From a virus (lineage: Duplodnaviria > Caudoviricetes), in the IMG/VR virus record IMGVR_UViG_3300021399_000003, positions 1-64,000 of that record: a DNA stretch of 64,000 nt. One strand, 5' to 3'. Positions 58,356-64,000 of the stretch are shown piece after piece; positions within the stretch are counted from its first letter, which is position 1, and each line of letters opens with the position of its first letter. The translations under genes were made by a program, and so were the position numbers. The notes under the pieces were generated by a model. The model had not been told where the DNA came from and searched no databases. It saw only the letters and a list, made by a program, of their open reading frames with translations.

Positions 58356-58701
58356 TTTCTAGTTCCTCCACCGTATAGACATCAGTGTATTTTGTATGTT
58401 CTATGATTTTATAATTATCATAGATTTCATTTATTGATGTATTGTCATTTACTTTTATAATATATTGCTTGCGGCCAGTATCCACTTTAGGCTCAATAAT
58501 TGTAAGAACAAGTCCAATTAAAAAAACTAATAATCCAATAGCAACAAAACAAGTTAATATTGTCGCGCTTATTTCATGACTCTCGCCATACAGCAATCCT
58601 GCTAAAATTAAGCATATGACAGCACCTGCTAAACCATATAACATAAAGTTTATATAATTTCCTGGCGCTTCAATAATAGGAATTGTTTCAAGTATAGTCA
58701 T
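58348..58701 (-). CDS. two-TM membrane protein (paralogue of 58688-59059)
   Basis: Two hydrophobic helices, then YIIKVNDN..INEIYDNYKIIE. Confidence 0.7.
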   Translation of the reverse strand: MTILETIPIIEAPGNYINFMLYGLAGAVICLILAGLLYGESHEISATILTCFVAIGLLVFLIGLVLTIIEPKVDTGRKQYIIKVNDNTSINEIYDNYKIIEHTKYTDVYTVEELEND

Positions 58702-59059
58702 CTACATAATCTCCTTCAATTATATAAATTTCTTTTGTTTCATAAGGTTTTTCTTTTACTGTATAATTGGGACCGAGTTCTTTCCATGCGTTATCATCGG
58801 TTATTTCAATTGTATATTCAATTTTAGATGGATAATTAAAGATGGTTTTACTTTCTTCAATAAAAGTTAAAGCGATACAAACAATAAATAAAACGAAGAA
58901 AATCCAACAAACTGGGCCAGCCCATTCTTCACACCCATCTAGCCACATTAAAGCAAAGAAGAAAGTAAGACACATCATAATGGCCCACGCGGCAATACCA
59001 TACCACATTGGACTAAAAATAGTTCGTTGAGAAAGAATACATACGCCTTGAATATTCAT
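58688..59059 (-). CDS. two-TM membrane protein (paralogue of 58348-58701)
   Basis: Two hydrophobic helices, then YTIEITDD..WKELGPNYTVKE. Confidence 0.7.
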   Translation of the reverse strand: MNIQGVCILSQRTIFSPMWYGIAAWAIMMCLTFFFALMWLDGCEEWAGPVCWIFFVLFIVCIALTFIEESKTIFNYPSKIEYTIEITDDNAWKELGPNYTVKEKPYETKEIYIIEGDYVDDYT

Positions 59060-59079
59060 TTTATTTCTCCTTTTTCTTT

Positions 59080-59108
59080 ATTATAACATAGTTTTAAGAT
59101 TGTGTCAA
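59080..59108 (-). promoter_or_regulatory. sigma-A type promoter
   Basis: TTGACA-17-TATAAT with extended TG. Confidence 0.9.
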
Positions 59109-59109
59109 A

Positions 59110-59380
59110 TATTGCGCGCGTTCGCGCCATATTTTTTCTTTTTCTATATATTTTTATTTTTTACATATTTATATATATATTTATATTACTATACCAAAAT
59201 TTGACCGCGAATATACCAATTTTTGGTATATAGATTTTTGAAACTACCAAAAATTGACTTTCAATATACCAATTTTTGACCGTTGGAACTATCAAAAATT
59301 GGGTTATTGAGAAACTACCAAAAATTGGTAGTTTCCCGCAGTCAATTTTTGGGTTATTTATGAAGTCAATTTTTGGTATA
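59110..59380. repeat. probable replication origin: 8 iterons plus AT-rich tract
   Basis: YCAA-WWW-TTGR boxes with CAA at 59195, 59217, 59248, 59270, 59293, 59319, 59343, 59367; near-pure A/T tract ~59129-59192; GCGCGCG block at 59115. Confidence 0.65.
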
Positions 59381-59720
59381 TTAAATCGGCATGACCGCAA
59401 GGATAAAAGTAATATACATTTTGTGAAACTTCTATCATATACTTTTTTTGAATAAGTTCGTCTTTTATTGTTCGTATTGTATTTTTGCTTCCTATTCCTA
59501 ATGCTTCACAAAGATGAACTGGCGAAAAATCATAATATCCTTTACCTTGCCATTTTAGAAGATAGAGCCATAGTTTAAAGGCATTGCCGCTAAGATTCTG
59601 TAAAGCGACTTCATAATATTCCCAATTTATTGGCTGTAAGAAACTATCATTAGTTCCTTCTTTATGAGTAATTGAATCAAATAATTTAATTTCAATTCTT
59701 TTTTGATTTTTATAATTCAT
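59358..59720 (-). CDS. short winged-helix protein, putative replication initiator
   Basis: LSGNAFKLWLYL...HLCEALGIGSKNTIRTIKDELIQKKY resembles initiator N-terminal domains; 3' end overlaps the iteron array. Confidence 0.6.
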   Translation of the reverse strand: MNYKNQKRIEIKLFDSITHKEGTNDSFLQPINWEYYEVALQNLSGNAFKLWLYLLKWQGKGYYDFSPVHLCEALGIGSKNTIRTIKDELIQKKYMIEVSQNVYYFYPCGHADLIYQKLTS

Positions 59721-59750
59721 ACTGCTTCCTCCTGAATAATAACCTGTATA

Positions 59751-59933
59751 TTAACGTTTAGCGCGTTTAACCGCTAATGGAATGGCCGCACGTAATTCTG
59801 GTGTATCTTCAAACCAATAAACATCGTATTGAGGCTTTTTAGTATTGGCAGTAGTTTTTATTAGTTTAAATCCTAAATCGCGTAATGCGGCCGCAACTCT
59901 TGGCATATAGATTATATAAAGTTTATCATTCAT
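59751..59933 (-). CDS. DUF5659-like small protein
   Basis: IYMPRVAAALRDLGFKL...VYWFEDTPEL. Confidence 0.6.
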   Translation of the reverse strand: MNDKLYIIYMPRVAAALRDLGFKLIKTTANTKKPQYDVYWFEDTPELRAAIPLAVKRAKR

Positions 59934-60114
59934 AATTATACTCCTTCATTTTTTCTTCCATTCGCATTAATAGGGATAGAGATGGCTTATCTCTTTTATG
60001 AATTATTTTGTTAAAATGAGAACGGCTGATACTTAATGCTCCAGCGGCTTCACCCTGATTTTTAAAATATAAAGGCCAAAATTTAATATATTTATTTATA
60101 ATTTCTTCAATCAA
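59926..60114 (-). CDS. XRE-family HTH protein
   Basis: NQGEAAGALSISRSHFNKII...KPSLSLL; TTG start at 60114 after GGAGGTG. Confidence 0.7.
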   Translation of the reverse strand: MIEEIINKYIKFWPLYFKNQGEAAGALSISRSHFNKIIHKRDKPSLSLLMRMEEKMKEYNYE

Positions 60115-60174
60115 TATTCCCACACCTCCAACATAAAGAAATAATCCTATCATAAGATAGGTATTATTTCTAAT

Positions 60175-60333
60175 TTATTTCTTGAACATTTTATTCCATT
60201 CTTTTCTTGAAATTTGTAATAACCCTCTTCTCAACATATACTGCGCTCGCGTATAATTCTTTTTTCTTACTCGTTTCTTCTTATGCCAACAAGCACGCTG
60301 ATAGGTTTTATTAAACATGACAATTATTTTCAT
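60175..60333 (-). CDS. small basic protein (52 aa, not in ORF track)
   Basis: MKIIVMFNKTYQRACWHKKKRVRKKNY...; ATGA overlap with upstream gene; hairpin downstream. Confidence 0.55.
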   Translation of the reverse strand: MKIIVMFNKTYQRACWHKKKRVRKKNYTRAQYMLRRGLLQISRKEWNKMFKK

Positions 60334-60533
60334 ATGTTGTTCATTGAGTTGCATTCTTTTCTCCGTTGAATTAAGATGTTCATATTATCATAATCTAATT
60401 GCCAAGGCCAATATAAACTAGCATTTTTACAATCTTTTACATGAGGATGATGACAATCATCTATTTCAAAATATTTACAATGCGTATTGCCGCAAGTCTC
60501 TGCTAAATAAGAATACTCATGCCATTGAATCAT
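60330..60533 (-). CDS. small Cys/His-rich protein
   Basis: 67 aa; CGNTHC...CHHPH...C; first gene after a promoter, SD AAAGGA. Confidence 0.6.
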   Translation of the reverse strand: MIQWHEYSYLAETCGNTHCKYFEIDDCHHPHVKDCKNASLYWPWQLDYDNMNILIQRRKECNSMNNI

Positions 60534-60553
60534 ATTTTTTCCTTTCTAAAATA

Positions 60554-60582
60554 AGTATACCATAATTTTATATAGAGGTCAA
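60554..60582 (-). promoter_or_regulatory. sigma-A type promoter
   Basis: TTGACC-17-TATACT with extended TG. Confidence 0.7.
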
Positions 60583-60587
60583 AGAAA

Positions 60588-61283
60588 TTAATAAGGTCTT
60601 ATGCGTCCTGATGTTTTCATTTTATTTTTATTCATTTTAACAATTTCTTCTATTGATAAAGTGTCATTAATTCTACGCCAAAGAAAATGTTTATGCGAAT
60701 AAGCATAGTGGGCACAACATCTATTTACTTCGTTTCTGTCAAAACCTGCTTCTTTGACTTCTTTTGAAGTATTAAAACGCCGGATAAAATTACCCTCCAA
60801 ATCATATTGTTCTATTGGAATACTATTTTTATTTTCTCGTATTTTAGCGGAGCGTTGTTTCTTTTGTTCGGTGTCAATACCTAAATTAGATAAAGTATAA
60901 CTGGCTGTCATATAAGTACATCCCAATTCATTACTAATATCAGAGCAAGAATAGCCTCTATTCCATAAATTAAGAATTTCTTTTTCAGAATATTTTTTAT
61001 CGCCCTCTCCGCCAATGGTAGAATTATATCCCTTTTTATAGGAATCATAGAAATTAATCCAATAAATTTCTCTTTCATTTAATTGTTCTTCAGGTATATT
61101 ATCTTCTATTATAGAAGGATAAAAATGTTCAATTCCATATTTACGAATTGCGTAATAAAATTTATTATTTGTATAATAGCTATCTTTTTGATGGTCTTTC
61201 CAACGAATTTCTAAAGTTCTTGTAGTTTTTCCTACATAAACCTTATTATTAATATCATTGATTATCTTATAAATTAAACCCAT
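60588..61283 (-). CDS. free-standing GIY-YIG endonuclease (HTH + NUMOD1-like)
   Basis: GLIYKIIN...VYVGKT...R...ERE...GYNSTIGG; IEQYDLEGNFIRRF. Confidence 0.88.
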   Translation of the reverse strand: MGLIYKIINDINNKVYVGKTTRTLEIRWKDHQKDSYYTNNKFYYAIRKYGIEHFYPSIIEDNIPEEQLNEREIYWINFYDSYKKGYNSTIGGEGDKKYSEKEILNLWNRGYSCSDISNELGCTYMTASYTLSNLGIDTEQKKQRSAKIRENKNSIPIEQYDLEGNFIRRFNTSKEVKEAGFDRNEVNRCCAHYAYSHKHFLWRRINDTLSIEEIVKMNKNKMKTSGRIRPY

Positions 61284-61287
61284 AAAA

Positions 61288-61485
61288 TCACATCCATATA
61301 TCTTCTAATTGTTTAATAAAAGATTGAATATGGTGTTCTATTGATTCTTCCATTCGTTTGGAAATATTGTAATCTGTTTTCATCCATTTAGAAATACTAG
61401 TTGCGTGGCATTCGCAAATTTTCCCTAATTGATTGAATGAAAAACCGTTGTCAATTAAATATTGAATTTTTTCCTTTAAAGTCAT
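61288..61485 (-). CDS. small HTH protein
   Basis: GFSFNQLGKICECHATSISKWM; ATG at 61485 after GGAGG. Confidence 0.7.
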   Translation of the reverse strand: MTLKEKIQYLIDNGFSFNQLGKICECHATSISKWMKTDYNISKRMEESIEHHIQSFIKQLEDIWM

Positions 61486-61560
61486 ATTCAATCCCTCCAT
61501 AGGGATAGTGATGGAGAAAGAGAAGAAATATGTTAATTTCTTCTCATTTCTCTGATTTTT

Positions 61561-62859
61561 TTAAACATTTTCTAGATTTTTGTCTTTTAAAATAATATTT
61601 AAAATAATTCCCACAATAATTGCAAGACAGATGCCTGAAATATTAAAAGCTCCAGAAGTAATTGCTAAACCAGAAGTTCCTACCATTAGCATAATAGCAA
61701 AAATCCACATAGTTTTTTGATTTTCAAAGTTAATATTTGCTTGTTTTAAATATTTCATTGCACTCGCCCCAATCATACCATAGCAGCAAATTGATGCTCC
61801 CGCGAATACTGCATTAGGCATTGCTTGAAGTGCGGCATTAAAAGGCCCCAAGAACGCTAATAAAATTAATTCTATTGCTGCGAGTAATGTAATATATACA
61901 CTTGCACATTTGCTAATAAGAATAGCTGAAAGATTTTCTGTATAAGTTGTGTTTGGTTGAGCCCCAATGATAGTTCCAATTAAAGAACCTAAACCATCGC
62001 CGCATAGTGTCCTTGATAAACTAGGATCTTTTAGAAAATCTCTTCCGCAAATATTTGAAGCATTTATCATATCTCCAAGATGTTCAGCTAATGCCGCGGC
62101 GGAAACTAACGTGAAACTAATAATAATTTGTGGTAAAACACTCCAATCAAAATTCTTAAATGAAACGTGTAAAAATGCAAAATCTGGAATAGTGATTAAT
62201 TTCATATTTTGGAAGTGTGTTAAATCTACTAATGGAGCAAAATTAGTTAAAGTTAAAATTAAACTTAAAATATAACCTCCTAAAACTCCAAAAAGAATAG
62301 GCCAACGTTTAACAATTCCTTTTCCATAAAAAGCACAAAGTAAAGTAATTAACATATCAAATAATGCTATTCCAACACCAAGTAATGAATAAGAACCATT
62401 GATTTGTGCGTAAGTGGGAATAAAAAATCCTAATTGAATAGAAATAATTAATATAATTGCTCCTGACATTACTGGCGTAATTAATTTAGTTATCCAATCT
62501 ACGCCAAATCGTTTAATAAATAATGCTGCAAGACAGTAAATAGTTGCAATAACTATACCACCTAAAATTACCCCAGCAAAATTTTTTTGAATTGGTCCCG
62601 CGAGAGCAATAGCCCCAATAACTGCGGAAACTGTCGCACCACTATTTGAAATTACAATAGGAGCTCTAAATTTTGTGATAAATAGAAAAAATATTGTTGA
62701 AATACCTGCGGCACACATACCAGCAGTTAAATTTGTGCCCGCGATTAAGCAAATTAAAAGTGTCGCTGTAATACAAGATAAAACAACTTGTAAAGAATAG
62801 CCAATCCATTCTTTTAAGGTTTGTGGCTTATCGTTAATGCCATATAACATATTATTCAT
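61561..62859 (-). CDS. NCS2-family nucleobase (uracil/xanthine) permease, UraA/PyrP-like
   Basis: Multi-TM; AEHLGD, RTLCGDGLG, PNTTYTEN NAT signature, YGMIGASA. Confidence 0.9.
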   Translation of the reverse strand: MNNMLYGINDKPQTLKEWIGYSLQVVLSCITATLLICLIAGTNLTAGMCAAGISTIFFLFITKFRAPIVISNSGATVSAVIGAIALAGPIQKNFAGVILGGIVIATIYCLAALFIKRFGVDWITKLITPVMSGAIILIISIQLGFFIPTYAQINGSYSLLGVGIALFDMLITLLCAFYGKGIVKRWPILFGVLGGYILSLILTLTNFAPLVDLTHFQNMKLITIPDFAFLHVSFKNFDWSVLPQIIISFTLVSAAALAEHLGDMINASNICGRDFLKDPSLSRTLCGDGLGSLIGTIIGAQPNTTYTENLSAILISKCASVYITLLAAIELILLAFLGPFNAALQAMPNAVFAGASICCYGMIGASAMKYLKQANINFENQKTMWIFAIMLMVGTSGLAITSGAFNISGICLAIIVGIILNIILKDKNLENV

Positions 62860-63511
62860 CTTTATATTTCTCCTTTAAAATTGGTAAAATTTCATCAAAT
62901 GAATTATGTAAAGTCCCATCAGCTGTTGCCGCGAGAATTATACCATAAAGGAATTGATTTATAGAAAAACTACGACGCCAATCTTTTTCATTTAGGTGAT
63001 TGGTGCGAATATCAAAGTAATGGGCATAATTTTGTTTTTGCCATTGCTTATTCATTACTTCATAAAAGCAATCATACATATATGCTTTTTCTTCTTGAGT
63101 CATGTTTTTGTAACTAGAAGCTAATCTTTGCGCTGTTTCATCATCATTATTATATTTTTGCCAAAACTTTTCCTTAGCTTCGTCAGCAATATGTTCAAGC
63201 ATATACTTCCATCCATATAAAATCCCCATCTCGCACATAGTGCCAATGGCCGATTGTTCTGGACACATAACAGTATAATCACTATTCCATAGACGCTCTA
63301 CATCCGCGGCGACAATCTTTTCAGCTAAACAATTATTTTCTTCTTCTGTCATATTAGATTTATCATTAATAGACTTATTTTGAACTGGGCTATAAACTTC
63401 ACCAGGGATACCTGCTTCTAGAAATTTATCATATTCTTCTTGCCGCGCAAGGTTGCTCCCGCGAGTCATTATATCCCCGCCTAAATATCCAAGTGGCTTT
63501 TTATTTTTCAT
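62852..63511 (-). CDS. nucleoside 2-deoxyribosyltransferase-like protein
   Basis: YLGGDIM, VYSPVQNKSINDK, IVAADVERLWNSD, AIGTMCEMG, SINQFLYG. Confidence 0.75.
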   Translation of the reverse strand: MKNKKPLGYLGGDIMTRGSNLARQEEYDKFLEAGIPGEVYSPVQNKSINDKSNMTEEENNCLAEKIVAADVERLWNSDYTVMCPEQSAIGTMCEMGILYGWKYMLEHIADEAKEKFWQKYNNDDETAQRLASSYKNMTQEEKAYMYDCFYEVMNKQWQKQNYAHYFDIRTNHLNEKDWRRSFSINQFLYGIILAATADGTLHNSFDEILPILKEKYKDE

Positions 63512-63624
63512 ACTACGCCTCCAAAAATTTTACAAATTTTAATCCATAATTTTCGTTTAAAACAAGTAGACCATTTATAACAATCTTCTTTTTTAGGATT
63601 GCATTTAACACAAGGACTATTCAT
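63508..63624 (-). CDS. small Cys-rich peptide (38 aa, not in ORF track)
   Basis: MNSPCVKCNPKKEDCYKWSTC...; SD GGAGG; ATGA overlap with next gene. Confidence 0.45.
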   Translation of the reverse strand: MNSPCVKCNPKKEDCYKWSTCFKRKLWIKICKIFGGVV

Positions 63625-63635
63625 AAAATCCTCCA

Positions 63636-63935
63636 TTAATCTAAAGTATCAAAATACCAACTTTTTTCATCAGAAGTCCCGTGGGCTTCAAGCCAATCCC
63701 ATTCTAATTCATTATACTTATAATAAAGGTCTGAATAGATTTTAGAAAGTTTTTCATTTCCATTATCGTACCAATACCAGCATTTATGATTTAGGGCAGT
63801 CACAAATGCGGCCATTGCTTGGACATCATCACAATAGGTTTCATAAGTTTGAGTAGTCCATTCTTCAAGATAATCTTCGTTTAGGCCTGATAGAATCCAA
63901 AACTTTAGCTTAAGTTCTTCAAAATAATTATTCAT
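63636..63935 (-). CDS. acidic, aromatic-rich hypothetical phage protein
   Basis: 99 aa; FVTALNHKCWYWY...LSKIYSDLY; own promoter and SD AAAGGAG. Confidence 0.7.
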   Translation of the reverse strand: MNNYFEELKLKFWILSGLNEDYLEEWTTQTYETYCDDVQAMAAFVTALNHKCWYWYDNGNEKLSKIYSDLYYKYNELEWDWLEAHGTSDEKSWYFDTLD

Positions 63936-63956
63936 ATTTTGCTCCTTTTTTCTTTT

Positions 63957-63985
63957 ATTATAACATAAATTTTAAAAGAAGTCAA
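63957..63985 (-). promoter_or_regulatory. sigma-A type promoter
   Basis: TTGACT-17-TATAAT with extended TG. Confidence 0.85.
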
Positions 63986-64000
63986 GATAAAGTAAAAGAG

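Noticed and set aside
59190-59380. Repeat array as a CRISPR mini-array
   Set aside because: Repeats are ~11-15 bp, degenerate and of mixed orientation, with gaps too short for spacers; no cas genes.
59161-59400. 79-aa ORF across the repeat array as an independent gene
   Set aside because: It is the translation of the iterons, has no SD, and no canonical X XXY YYZ slippery site links it to the upstream gene.
29437-62275. Short + strand ORFs opposite the replication genes
   Set aside because: Antisense to well-supported genes; all promoters found here face the - strand.

Overview
This window is part of a large, AT-rich tailed phage (siphovirus-type) of a Firmicutes host, with SPbeta-like gene order. 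The + strand (1-29182) is a morphogenesis block: head-tail joining proteins, two tail-tube paralogues, a 5129-aa tape measure protein, Dit, a 1783-aa Tal/hub protein and a distal tail protein. It meets the - strand block (29214-64000) at a bidirectional terminator. The - strand block encodes RuvC, dUTPase, class II RNR (NrdJ), DnaE, RecJ-like nuclease, primase, helicase, a Sak4-like ATPase, SSB, a two-subunit type II topoisomerase, four GIY-YIG proteins, two nucleoside deoxyribosyltransferase-like proteins, an NCS2 nucleobase permease, a probable origin with 8 iterons, and many small genes. Twelve near-consensus sigma-A promoters drive it. Top observations: (1) a conserved, covarying three-stem RNA leader upstream of two GIY-YIG genes, with an invariant self-complementary loop and a second loop complementary to each gene's own ribosome-binding region; (2) a metallophosphoesterase interrupted by GGT-TA-GGT, which is either a stop-hop (translational bypass) site or a 5-nt lesion; (3) a nucleobase uptake/salvage module; (4) a membrane-anchored coiled-coil GIY-YIG nuclease; (5) a radical-SAM-like protein lacking its cysteine motif next to B12-dependent NrdJ. 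All product calls come from motif recognition and synteny by eye; no database search was run.
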